From: a virus
Taxonomy: Duplodnaviria; Caudoviricetes
IMG/VR virus record: IMGVR_UViG_3300021519_000013
Span: 1-53,708 of that record
Reading direction: 5' to 3' (one strand)
DNA: 53,708 nt
In this document: positions 5,995 to 14,656 of the stretch, one piece after another
How the letters are laid out: each line of letters begins with the position of its first letter
Numbering within the stretch: position 1 is the stretch's first letter
Notes under the pieces: model-generated
Told to the model about the DNA's origin: nothing
The model's database searches: none
What the model saw: only the letters and a program-made list of their open reading frames with translations
Translations under genes and position numbers: made by a program

Positions 5995-7216
5995 TGAGGA
6001 AATCAAAGCGGCTCGCAATGGCTGCTATTATTATAATGGCAAGGTATACTTTCTCAGAGAAGATGCATTTGAGGACATGCTTGCCAATAAAGAATATGAC
6101 AGTAAGTTAAAATTTTTATTCAATGATCATATATTTTCCAAGTTGAATTGGTCCATTGAGCCGGATGTTAATTTGGATATATTGTATAAAATTAGAGCAC
6201 AGCAACTTAGAGACAAATACAAGTATCTAATATTAGGGTTCAGTGGCGGAAGTGATAGTACTCAAATTTTAGAAACATTCCTCAAGAATAATATTTTCAT
6301 TGACGAAATTCAAACTGCACACAATGTTAAAATGTCACGTGGCATAGATCAACAAGTGCTAATGTCAGACCCTGATCTAAATTTATTTTTGGAATATGAT
6401 CTTGCAGTGGAACCCATGCTTAAAAAAGTAAAGCAACTTAGTCCCAATACAAAAATTACAGTCATTGATAGTTCTGACTTTTTGCATCAGGAAATTCAAA
6501 AAAAGTCATACAAGTTTTTATCTATTGGCACAGGAAAAGAAAAAGGCATATCTCAGAGACTAACATCAACCATGGGCATTTCCATTGCACAGTATTATCT
6601 TTATAAACAACTAAATGTTTTTGAAAGTAAAGACAAGGATAATGTAGCAATTATAAGAGGCATTGAAAAACCACAGTTGTCGGTTGTTGATGGTAATCTA
6701 GTATTTCATTTTAATGACTTGTCGTTGTTGTCCATATCACAAATGTTTGCGGGCACACTTGATCCTACCTATACCATGGAAGATTTCTTCTGGTCGCCTG
6801 ATGCACCACTTATTCCCATAAAACAAAGTCACCTTATTAAAAAATGTCTTGAATCGGATAAAAATTTCCTAACATTTTTTCTGGAACAAAAATCGGAATT
6901 CAATGAATATTTCAAAAGTAATAAACTGGAATTGTCAAGACCCAAAGCAATAATGCTTGAGCGTTCATATAATTCCATAATCTATCCAGACTGGGATACA
7001 CGAACATTTGTTGCCCCAAAATCAACAACTGACATACCTGAGTTGAAACTATATAGTAAGGTAGTGGGGAAGCATAATACATATGGTGCGCTCAAAGATA
7101 ATTTAAAATACGTGGAATCACATTGGGGGAAACTTACCAATACAAGCCAACTATTAAAGAATCTACAGAGTAGGCCCTACAATTTAGGAGTACTAAATCT
7201 AAAATGTTTAACATAA
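5987..7216 (+). CDS. PP-loop (adenine nucleotide alpha hydrolase) ATP pyrophosphatase-like protein
   Basis: LILGFSGGSDS motif. Confidence 0.7.
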   Translation: MLDEEIKAARNGCYYYNGKVYFLREDAFEDMLANKEYDSKLKFLFNDHIFSKLNWSIEPDVNLDILYKIRAQQLRDKYKYLILGFSGGSDSTQILETFLKNNIFIDEIQTAHNVKMSRGIDQQVLMSDPDLNLFLEYDLAVEPMLKKVKQLSPNTKITVIDSSDFLHQEIQKKSYKFLSIGTGKEKGISQRLTSTMGISIAQYYLYKQLNVFESKDKDNVAIIRGIEKPQLSVVDGNLVFHFNDLSLLSISQMFAGTLDPTYTMEDFFWSPDAPLIPIKQSHLIKKCLESDKNFLTFFLEQKSEFNEYFKSNKLELSRPKAIMLERSYNSIIYPDWDTRTFVAPKSTTDIPELKLYSKVVGKHNTYGALKDNLKYVESHWGKLTNTSQLLKNLQSRPYNLGVLNLKCLT

Positions 7217-8124
7217 AAACTTTAATACTATCATTGGGATTGTATGCAGCAACACACACTGCTATGGCTGCCGAACAGGTAGTTATATACTCAAGATTTG
7301 TTGCCAATCAAGAATTTGGTATCATGAATCAATTCATTGCCGATGAACTTAATAAGATGCAAACAGATTATGAATTTAGAACCGCAGTGATTGCCGGTTC
7401 ACAAGGCATTGCGGCTGAATTGAGGGCATTAGCAGCCGTAAAAGAAGGTAAAAAAGTTCTTGTCGCTGGGACAATTAGTAACTTTACATTTAATAGATAT
7501 TTTAATCCTGAAACACCCAATCAACCAAACGTATTTGAGCCTGTGATTAACTTGGTGAGTCTTCCCGCTGGAATTCTTGTTAGTCCATCCAGCAATATTA
7601 ATTCAGTGGATGAATTAGTAAGCTATTTGAAAAGTAAGCCTGTAGCGTATAGAGCAACCAGTCTTGGTGCTATAAGTCATACATTTTTAGATTTAGTTTT
7701 TAGAAAGTACAAGGGTATAACAAATGTCAAGGATCTACAATATCCAATTAAAGAGATACCGCGTAACATACTAACAGGTGAAGCAGATTATACACTGTCG
7801 TCAATTGAAGGAAATGACCAATTGCTTAAGCCTATACTGATAACCAGTGGCGTAAAAAATAAAAAATATGCAAATATACCAACGGCAGATTCAGTTGGTA
7901 TGCCGGATCTGTTACCAGTTACGGCTTCTTTATTATATGTGCCAGTTGATCAACCCAAGTTATCAATTGATCTAAAGGATATGCTTCTTAAAATATGCCA
8001 AAACTCTAAATTTAGTGAACTAGCAGATAAATTTGATATGGATAGAGATTGTGTCATTGATGGGCAACAGTTATCTGATACAATGAATAAGCATCAAAAT
8101 TTTATTTTAAAGTACAAAGATTAA
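7204..8124 (+). CDS. TctC/Bug-like periplasmic substrate-binding protein
   Basis: Signal peptide; GSQGIAA, FEPVINL, NINSVDELVSYLK, NIPT..SVG Bug-family pattern. Confidence 0.65.
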   Translation: MFNIKTLILSLGLYAATHTAMAAEQVVIYSRFVANQEFGIMNQFIADELNKMQTDYEFRTAVIAGSQGIAAELRALAAVKEGKKVLVAGTISNFTFNRYFNPETPNQPNVFEPVINLVSLPAGILVSPSSNINSVDELVSYLKSKPVAYRATSLGAISHTFLDLVFRKYKGITNVKDLQYPIKEIPRNILTGEADYTLSSIEGNDQLLKPILITSGVKNKKYANIPTADSVGMPDLLPVTASLLYVPVDQPKLSIDLKDMLLKICQNSKFSELADKFDMDRDCVIDGQQLSDTMNKHQNFILKYKD

Positions 8125-8693
8125 TAATTTAAACTCAAGCCAAATAAAATACTATGACGGTTATTGTTGGATCTATTAAATCCCTCGTGCCAAGAATCAT
8201 GCATATTAGCGGCCAGCCAACCTTTCCCCCATCCTGTAGTCATTCTAATGGGGTTATTGTAATGCTGGTCTGTGTAAAATATAGTGCTTTGCTGTGGATC
8301 ATCTCCTGTAATTAGATAACACATACCGGCAGCAACAAGCATACGACTATCAAGATGTATTGCAGTATTATGCCCTGGCTTGTCCAGCACTGGAGTACAG
8401 ATTGTTTTGGTGATGTTTTTCATTTCATTTGGGGACTTGGCCCAATAGCCAGCAAACAATGGCTCTGAATATAGAACATCAACTATTGTATTTTTAAATT
8501 CAACAGTGAAAAAATAATCAACTAATGACTTAAAAGCTGGATCCTTGACAGAATTTAATACGGATCTTAAATTAAAATCAGTCTGTCCATATGCAACTTC
8601 ATTTGTTACCCAATCCTCATTGGTAATATCAAATTTTGGTATGTTAAAATCAACTTCAAATACAAAATCACGCTGCTTATTAAATGTTAACAT
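8121..8693 (-). CDS. Putative 2OG-Fe(II) dioxygenase-like protein
   Basis: DKPG...IHLD, SWHEG, RHSILF (HxD...H...R). Confidence 0.6.
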   Translation of the reverse strand: MLTFNKQRDFVFEVDFNIPKFDITNEDWVTNEVAYGQTDFNLRSVLNSVKDPAFKSLVDYFFTVEFKNTIVDVLYSEPLFAGYWAKSPNEMKNITKTICTPVLDKPGHNTAIHLDSRMLVAAGMCYLITGDDPQQSTIFYTDQHYNNPIRMTTGWGKGWLAANMHDSWHEGFNRSNNNRHSILFGLSLNY

Positions 8694-8735
8694 CCAATAT
8701 TTATTGGGGCAAAATGTTCTAAATAAATATTGCAA

Positions 8736-9185
8736 GTGGAATACATTTTTTGCTTTACTGCTTGGACGTTATTGATTTATTGGACACATAGGCTTGCTCA
8801 TGTGATTCCCATAATGAACTCGTGGCATAGAGATCATCACAGTCAAGTGTCAAATGGTACCTATAAAGGACTACACTGGACAAACCTATTTTTGTTTTTT
8901 GATAGTTGGCGTAGTACCGCAGATCAATGGGCAACTGAAGTTGTCCCCACACTACTTTTTGCCGCCATTACAGATGAATGGTGGATTGTTGCTTTTTATT
9001 ATATATGGGCAGCATTTATTCAAGAAGCGATAGAACATAATCACACATTTAACATATACCCATTTTTAACAAGCGGACAATGGCATCTAATTCATCACGA
9101 AAACAATGAAAAAAACTTTGGAGTATTTGTTCCCATATGGGATATATTGTTTGGGACCTATGAGACAGTAAATGACAACACATAA
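8736..9185 (+). CDS. Sterol desaturase / fatty acid hydroxylase family membrane protein
   Basis: His boxes HRLAH, HRDHH, HLIHH; NFG..WD.LFGT. Confidence 0.85.
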   Translation: MEYIFCFTAWTLLIYWTHRLAHVIPIMNSWHRDHHSQVSNGTYKGLHWTNLFLFFDSWRSTADQWATEVVPTLLFAAITDEWWIVAFYYIWAAFIQEAIEHNHTFNIYPFLTSGQWHLIHHENNEKNFGVFVPIWDILFGTYETVNDNT

Positions 9186-9990
9186 TAATTGGATGACGCA
9201 TAACTTAAGTGAACGTTTCAATAACAAAAATGAACCTTTTGTTGTTGACCTACATCCCTATCAATTTACATCAATGAATTTTAGCGAAGCTTCTGATTAC
9301 ACCGCCAAGCTAATATATCAAAAATATTCCAAAATATTCTTAAGTTTTAGCGGAGGATTGGATAGTGATTATGTGTTTCATGTGTTTAAAAGGAATAACA
9401 TACCGTTTGATCCTATAATTGTTAAAACATCAGGCAATGCACTTGAAATGAAGTATGCGTTGCACACATGCAAAAAATTTGATGTGACTCCCATAATTTT
9501 AACTTTGGATGACCATGAATACTTGTCTTTCCTTGATTTACAAGTAATTGGGGAAATATCTGGCAGTGGTCTTTGTGCAATTCCTGGAATATTTGCATGT
9601 GAATATGCCAAAGCAAATTCCGGTATTTGTGTTATTGGCGAACATATGATTGACAATGATGATGAATCAATATTTCCTGGCATGAACGAATGGGATTTTT
9701 ACAATGAGGTCTTTGTGGGTGAGGAGCACAATGTTCCATTTTTCAATTATACTGTTGAGCTTACAAATGCCATGCTAGAATCCATGAACAATGATACAAT
9801 TGATGAATGGAAACATAAGCTTTACAATCTAACATATAGACCCATTATTGATTACCAATTTGATACAAAGTTTCAAATGATAAAGTATACCATGTTTAAA
9901 AAACAAAAACAAAGACCAGTGAATCACTTTGATCCAGGGAGTAAAGAACAGCTACTATCATTGTTTAGTAGGTTTAAAATTGATAAATAA
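9172..9990 (+). CDS. Second PP-loop ATPase-like protein
   Basis: IFLSFSGGLDS motif. Confidence 0.65.
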   Translation: MTTHNNWMTHNLSERFNNKNEPFVVDLHPYQFTSMNFSEASDYTAKLIYQKYSKIFLSFSGGLDSDYVFHVFKRNNIPFDPIIVKTSGNALEMKYALHTCKKFDVTPIILTLDDHEYLSFLDLQVIGEISGSGLCAIPGIFACEYAKANSGICVIGEHMIDNDDESIFPGMNEWDFYNEVFVGEEHNVPFFNYTVELTNAMLESMNNDTIDEWKHKLYNLTYRPIIDYQFDTKFQMIKYTMFKKQKQRPVNHFDPGSKEQLLSLFSRFKIDK

Positions 9991-10011
9991 TTCAGTAAAG
10001 GATTAACTGCC

Positions 10012-10509
10012 ATGAGTTTTGCTTACACATTGATTCAAACAGTACAAAAAACATCAGACAAGGGTTGGACTGCTGTTATAATGGGTAATATTACCAATAC
10101 ATATAGTTCAACTGTTGATTCAAGAGATGATCTTTGTTCTAATAGACCCGAAACATTAGCAAAGGCAGTTTCAGATTTTATGCTTGTATTGGATCCACCT
10201 CAGTTTCCTGTAAATTTTGATGGTAAACCTTGGGAATTCAAAAAACTTTGGGATAGACGCTGGGTAGATGACAATACCTTACAATTTTTAAATTATTTTG
10301 ACTCACTACAAGATGCTCAAAATTGGTATCTAAATTGGTTTTCCAGACCATTTGTTCCATACACATCAGGATATTATAATACAAGTTGGCAGATTGTTGA
10401 TGGTGAAGGCAACCAACATCCCTTGCCTGAAATTACTTTTGAATGGAAACGTTCAAAAGAATTTGTTGATCCTGAATTTACCCCAGGATTGAATCCCAAT
10501 TTAATTTAA
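10012..10509 (+). CDS. Hypothetical protein
   Basis: TAAATA promoter, AAGGA RBS, 165-aa ORF. Confidence 0.7.
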   Translation: MSFAYTLIQTVQKTSDKGWTAVIMGNITNTYSSTVDSRDDLCSNRPETLAKAVSDFMLVLDPPQFPVNFDGKPWEFKKLWDRRWVDDNTLQFLNYFDSLQDAQNWYLNWFSRPFVPYTSGYYNTSWQIVDGEGNQHPLPEITFEWKRSKEFVDPEFTPGLNPNLI

Positions 10510-10537
10510 TTGACATTTATAAAAAGACATATATAAT
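10510..10537 (+). promoter_or_regulatory. Sigma70-type promoter
   Basis: TTGACA-N16-TATAAT before tRNA-Asn. Confidence 0.7.
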
Positions 10538-10552
10538 GACATAATAGTTCGT

Positions 10553-10628
10553 TTCCCGATAGCTCAGTTGGTAGAGCATTCGACTGTTAATCGAATGGTC
10601 CTAGGTTCGAGTCCTAGTCGGGGAGCCA
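10553..10628 (+). tRNA. tRNA-Asn(GTT)
   Basis: TTCGA-CTGTTAA-TCGAA, G73, CCA. Confidence 0.95.
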
Positions 10629-10632
10629 CTAA

Positions 10633-10706
10633 GCGGGTATGATGTAATGGCAGCCTGAAACCTTGCCAAGGTTTACGCAGCGGTTCGATTCCGCTTACCC
10701 GCTCCA
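10633..10706 (+). tRNA. tRNA-Gly(GCC)
   Basis: GCGGGTA/TACCCGC, AAACC-TTGCCAA-GGTTT, U73, CCA. Confidence 0.95.
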
Positions 10707-10724
10707 CTTTTATAGGATTCGCCA

Positions 10725-10865
10725 CAACCACTACGTTGGAATCAGATGGGAGATGGTCACCTGTCCCAAAGTATGTTGTGCCTCTTGTACATTGTTGTTA
10801 TGACCGAAACAATGTATCGCAGGATGAGGGCGCTACTATCGAGTAGCAGGCTGGCGGAGTGGTTG
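10725..10865 (+). ncRNA. Unnamed multi-stem structured RNA (about 140 nt)
   Basis: Closing CAACCACT/AGTGGTTG; arms TGGGA/TCCCA, CCTC..TACATTGTT/AACAATGTA..GAGG, GCTACT/AGTAGC. Confidence 0.6.
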
Positions 10866-10908
10866 AGACCCACAACTTAATTCACTTAGGTTTAGCAACG
10901 TCATCGGT

Positions 10909-10933
10909 AGCCTCCCCGCAAGGGAGGTTTTCT
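10909..10933 (+). terminator. Intrinsic terminator
   Basis: GCCTCCC-CGCAA-GGGAGGT followed by TTTCT. Confidence 0.65.
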
Positions 10934-10981
10934 ATTGATCAAGTATTTGACAGCATAATTACTGCTAAGGAAGGCTTTTCA

Positions 10982-12454
10982 ATGATTAATCAACAGTACA
11001 ACATCGCACAGAGAATTCTCGCCGAACTACAGAAAGACGCAAACAGAGTCGTATTTGAAACCAAGCGTGGTCCAATGACAGCTGGTAGGTTTGCCAACAT
11101 GATCATCAGCTTTGGCATCCATCTACAGCATCGCGGGGTTGTTCAAGGCAGCGTTATTGGATTAGACTGTGTACATGGACCTGTTGGATTTGCACTGACA
11201 TTAGCATCAACATTGAATGGTGCCACATGGGTAAATGTGAACAAAGCAATACTTAATGCCAAGTTACATATGGACATTGTTGTACATAACACTCCAAAAG
11301 AGATTATCGGAGCAAATGTACATAAGATTACACCAGAGTGGTTTAAAGCTCCAGAAGGATTTAAGCCTCCAGTCACATTCCCCGGGTATAAGACAGAAGA
11401 TGATATCTGGATGGTTGCTCAGAGCAGTGGCACAACTGGCAGTATTAAGTTCATGCCAATTACCTACAAGCAGTGGTTTGCTAGAGCAACTGACTTAGAA
11501 CGTCGTAAGGTACGCTTCCCTGGCAAGCACGGCCAGTTCTGTAGCTTGTTTCATCCATTAAAAAGTACAAGCCAAAGCGATGTGCAAGCAGCCGTGCTAA
11601 ATGGCACTAAGGTACTTCTAACATTTCCATCATACGATGATATGCGAACAGTTAAAGATCTCGTTGTAATGGGATCACTTAGCCAGATGGAGTTTACAAT
11701 TAAGGATGCTGCTGAGCCTACTACACCAATCGATACTTCAATCAATTTAAATGGCAGCGCAGTAAGCGCACAGCAGATTGATCGCTTCCTAAGATACTTC
11801 AAGTCAGTATGGGTTGAGTATGGCGCAACTGAGACCACAAAGACGGCAATGAAGCCCATCACAGAAGCAGGCACATACAACGGATCAGTTGGCGCTATCT
11901 TACCAGGTACTGAGTATCGCATTATTGACGATGAGGGTAACGATGCAGAAGAAGGGCAGTTGCTATTAAAAACTGAGGGAATGATCACTGGCTATATCAA
12001 CGAACCAGAACTAACAGCAGCACACTTTATTGATGGATGGTTCTACACGGGAGACATTGCTTCATATATCAATGGCGAATTGTTTCTCAAAGGTCGTCAG
12101 TCTGATAGTTTAAATATTGGTGGTGTCAAGATTGACCCTGCCAAGATTGATGCTGTACTCAAAGAAGTACCAGGTATCAAGGATGCTATAACATTTCAGA
12201 ATCCAGAGTTTCCCACATACAATCAATTACAGGCATTGATTGTCGCTGATGGTGATCACAAGATAATTGGGGATGCCGCTGCCGCTGCCATGATGGAAAA
12301 ATTTGGAATTACACGCTTACCACGTAGAGTGTTCTTTGTCAATAGCATTCCACAGAACGAGAATGGCAAACCTATGCGTAAGGAAGCAGCAGAGTTAGTT
12401 AAAGGGAAGGAGCCTGTTGTAATCATCAATTATAAGCCACAGGGTAAAGAATGA
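10982..12454 (+). CDS. Adenylate-forming (ANL / acyl-CoA synthetase-like) enzyme 1
   Basis: SSGTTGSIK, YGATE, GWFYTGD, GR..D.LNIGGVK, PQNENGK; RBS AAGGAAGG before ATG 10982. Confidence 0.9.
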   Translation: MINQQYNIAQRILAELQKDANRVVFETKRGPMTAGRFANMIISFGIHLQHRGVVQGSVIGLDCVHGPVGFALTLASTLNGATWVNVNKAILNAKLHMDIVVHNTPKEIIGANVHKITPEWFKAPEGFKPPVTFPGYKTEDDIWMVAQSSGTTGSIKFMPITYKQWFARATDLERRKVRFPGKHGQFCSLFHPLKSTSQSDVQAAVLNGTKVLLTFPSYDDMRTVKDLVVMGSLSQMEFTIKDAAEPTTPIDTSINLNGSAVSAQQIDRFLRYFKSVWVEYGATETTKTAMKPITEAGTYNGSVGAILPGTEYRIIDDEGNDAEEGQLLLKTEGMITGYINEPELTAAHFIDGWFYTGDIASYINGELFLKGRQSDSLNIGGVKIDPAKIDAVLKEVPGIKDAITFQNPEFPTYNQLQALIVADGDHKIIGDAAAAAMMEKFGITRLPRRVFFVNSIPQNENGKPMRKEAAELVKGKEPVVIINYKPQGKE

Positions 12455-13929
12455 TAAATCAACAATTTAACATCGCTTTTGACCTGTTTAAGTTTCTCAA
12501 TGAGAACCCAACACATATCTGTTTTGAAAGCGATCATGGCACAGTTAAAGGCAAGGAATTTGCCAATTTAATAACTGTGTTTGGCTTACAGTTACTAGTG
12601 CGTGAAGTAAAGCCCCGTGAACTAATAGGGTTAGATATTGACGATCCCATCATTGCTCATGTCATGACACAGGCAATAACTGCTATCGGTGCCAGTTGGA
12701 TCAAGATATCACAGCAAGCATTGGAAGCAGAGTTACCAATTAAGCATGTGATATACAATACCAAGCGCATGTATCATGGTGCCAGTGTTCATAAGATTGA
12801 TCAGTCTTGGTTTAAGGAACCTAATGGTCTCACAAATGACATGCGTATACGTGGCTACAAAGATCCTGATGATATTTGGATGATTGCTCAGAGCAGCGGG
12901 TCGACTGGTCTACCTAAATTTATTCCCATCACATATAGACAGTATTGGCATCGTGTGTGGGACATGAACATCAACATGTTTGATCGTCGCATTGAATATT
13001 TCTTCACAACATTCATGCCACTAAAGACCAGCGCACAGTATCACACTATCGCCGCCATCGTGAAGAAGATAACAGTATTGGTTGACATGATGCCTGATAA
13101 GGTAGTAACATATCCTAAATTATTCATGTTAGGCAGCATCATGCAGACACATAAGTTTGTCGGTCTGTTGGATGAACCCGCAGTACCTTATGATGTTGAT
13201 AGCGAGTCAGCTGGTGCTGCTATGAGCAAGAAGGACCTCGAGAAGTTCCTAAAGTATTTCAAGATCGTTCAGAGCAATTATGGATCAACTGAAACAACAA
13301 GAACATTTCAAAGTCGTTACACAACTGTAGATGAATATGTCGGTGACATTGGCCGAGCATTGTTAGATGATATCGTAGCAGAAATTGTTGATGACAATAA
13401 TCAACTAGTTGACGTTGATATTGTAGGTAGCATCCGTTTGAAAACTACACCGCGGCATGTCACTGGCTATTACAATGACCCCGAAGAAACTGCTGAGAAG
13501 TTTAAGACGGGTTACTTCTACCCAGGTGATCTTGCTCGCAGAGATGCTGCTGGTAAGATATTCATTGCTGGACGTAAGAATTCAGCAATGATCAACATCG
13601 GCGGCATTAAGTTGGATCCTGTAACAATCGAAGATGCAGCCCGCAAAGTTCTCGGTCTTAAAGATTGCTTGGTGTTCAAGAACACTGCTATGTCGATGGA
13701 TCGGCAATTGAATATGTTGGTTGTTGCTGATGAAGATGACAGAGAACGTGTGATGTATGCCATAACTGACAGCATTGCTAAAGAGATGGGTATCAGTCAT
13801 GTGCCACAAGCACTTTACTTTATCGATTCCATTCCATTAAATGACAATGGCAAGCCGTGGCGCAGTGCTGCGGAAAAGATTGCTGAAAAGTTAGAACCAA
13901 TTACAATAACACTTGACGAGATTAGATAA
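12451..13929 (+). CDS. Adenylate-forming enzyme 2 (paralog)
   Basis: SSGSTGLPK, YGSTE, GYFYPGD, PLNDNGK. Confidence 0.9.
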   Translation: MINQQFNIAFDLFKFLNENPTHICFESDHGTVKGKEFANLITVFGLQLLVREVKPRELIGLDIDDPIIAHVMTQAITAIGASWIKISQQALEAELPIKHVIYNTKRMYHGASVHKIDQSWFKEPNGLTNDMRIRGYKDPDDIWMIAQSSGSTGLPKFIPITYRQYWHRVWDMNINMFDRRIEYFFTTFMPLKTSAQYHTIAAIVKKITVLVDMMPDKVVTYPKLFMLGSIMQTHKFVGLLDEPAVPYDVDSESAGAAMSKKDLEKFLKYFKIVQSNYGSTETTRTFQSRYTTVDEYVGDIGRALLDDIVAEIVDDNNQLVDVDIVGSIRLKTTPRHVTGYYNDPEETAEKFKTGYFYPGDLARRDAAGKIFIAGRKNSAMINIGGIKLDPVTIEDAARKVLGLKDCLVFKNTAMSMDRQLNMLVVADEDDRERVMYAITDSIAKEMGISHVPQALYFIDSIPLNDNGKPWRSAAEKIAEKLEPITITLDEIR

Positions 13930-13950
13930 TTAATATACTATATAGATAAT

Positions 13951-14027
13951 GCGCTTGTGATGGAATTGGTATACATACCAGTCTTAGAAACTGGGTCTTG
14001 CAGGTTCAAGTCCTGCCAGGCGCACCA
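13951..14027 (+). tRNA. tRNA-Leu(TAG), short variable loop
   Basis: CCAGT-CTTAGAA-ACTGG, variable GTCTT, A73, CCA. Confidence 0.9.
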
Positions 14028-14037
14028 TCTATGTACT

Positions 14038-14114
14038 GCCCTGGTGACGGAATTGGTATACGTATCTGACTCAAAATCAGAGTTTTGGGGGTTCAAGTCC
14101 CTCCCGGGGCACCA
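14038..14114 (+). tRNA. tRNA-Leu(CAA), short variable loop
   Basis: TCTGA-CTCAAAA-TCAGA, variable GTTTT, A73, CCA. Confidence 0.9.
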
Positions 14115-14121
14115 AGAATAC

Positions 14122-14211
14122 GGAAGAGTGGCCGAGTGGTTGATGGCTCTAGTCTTGAAAACTAGCATACCTGCAAGGGTATCGTGGGTTCGAATCCTAC
14201 CTCTTCCGCCA
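14122..14211 (+). tRNA. tRNA-Ser(TGA)
   Basis: CTAGT-CTTGAAA-ACTAG, long variable arm, G73, CCA. Confidence 0.95.
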
Positions 14212-14217
14212 TTTTAT

Positions 14218-14293
14218 TGGGGATTAGTTCAGTTGGTAGAACGCCAGACTCTGAATCTGGATGTCCGAGGTTCGAATCCTTGATCCCCAGCCA
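14218..14293 (+). tRNA. tRNA-Gln(CTG)
   Basis: TGGGGAT/ATCCCCA, CCAGA-CTCTGAA-TCTGG, CCA. Confidence 0.95.
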
Positions 14294-14309
14294 ATATTAG
14301 GAGAGTGTA

Positions 14310-14498
14310 ATGTTTAAAATTGTTAAGCAAAATAAAAAGCAAGCAATCATAAATGGAGACAATCAAGTTCTCTATACACCTCCACAGTTCATTGCATTTA
14401 AAGGATATGATCTTAATAAACTCCTAACTGCAATGAATAAAAAGGGTTATAGAGACATTGAAGATGTTATCGCATTTGAAAGTGGAAAACTCAAGTGA
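14310..14498 (+). CDS. Hypothetical protein
   Basis: AGGAGA RBS, 62 aa. Confidence 0.7.
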   Translation: MFKIVKQNKKQAIINGDNQVLYTPPQFIAFKGYDLNKLLTAMNKKGYRDIEDVIAFESGKLK

Positions 14499-14656
14499 CA
14501 GAAATTGATTTAACAAAGATACAATTAACTTGGTGCCTGGACATCCTTTCCCGAGTCAAGAATATACTTGATTCAAAAGGCTGGACAGACGATCAAAAAC
14601 TCGTTAGTATCGATTGGTTAGTAAAGCAAGCACTCAAAGTAGAAAGAGAAGAATGA
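14495..14656 (+). CDS. Small hypothetical protein (53 aa, absent from ORF track)
   Basis: GTG overlapping the upstream stop (GTGA), open to a TGA overlapping the purT ATG (ATGA). Confidence 0.6.
   Translation: MTEIDLTKIQLTWCLDILSRVKNILDSKGWTDDQKLVSIDWLVKQALKVEREE

Noticed and set aside
10859-10981. N-terminal extension of ANL enzyme 1
   Set aside because: It crosses a terminator. ATG 10982 has an RBS and matches the paralog start.
13938-14283. ORFs 13938-14168 and 13957-14283
   Set aside because: They overlap tRNA-Leu, Leu, Ser and Gln.
1-14300. Cellular chromosome or prophage att site
   Set aside because: The tRNAs are divergent and phage-like, there is no integrase or duplicated tRNA 3' end, and the region is contiguous with T4-like structural genes.
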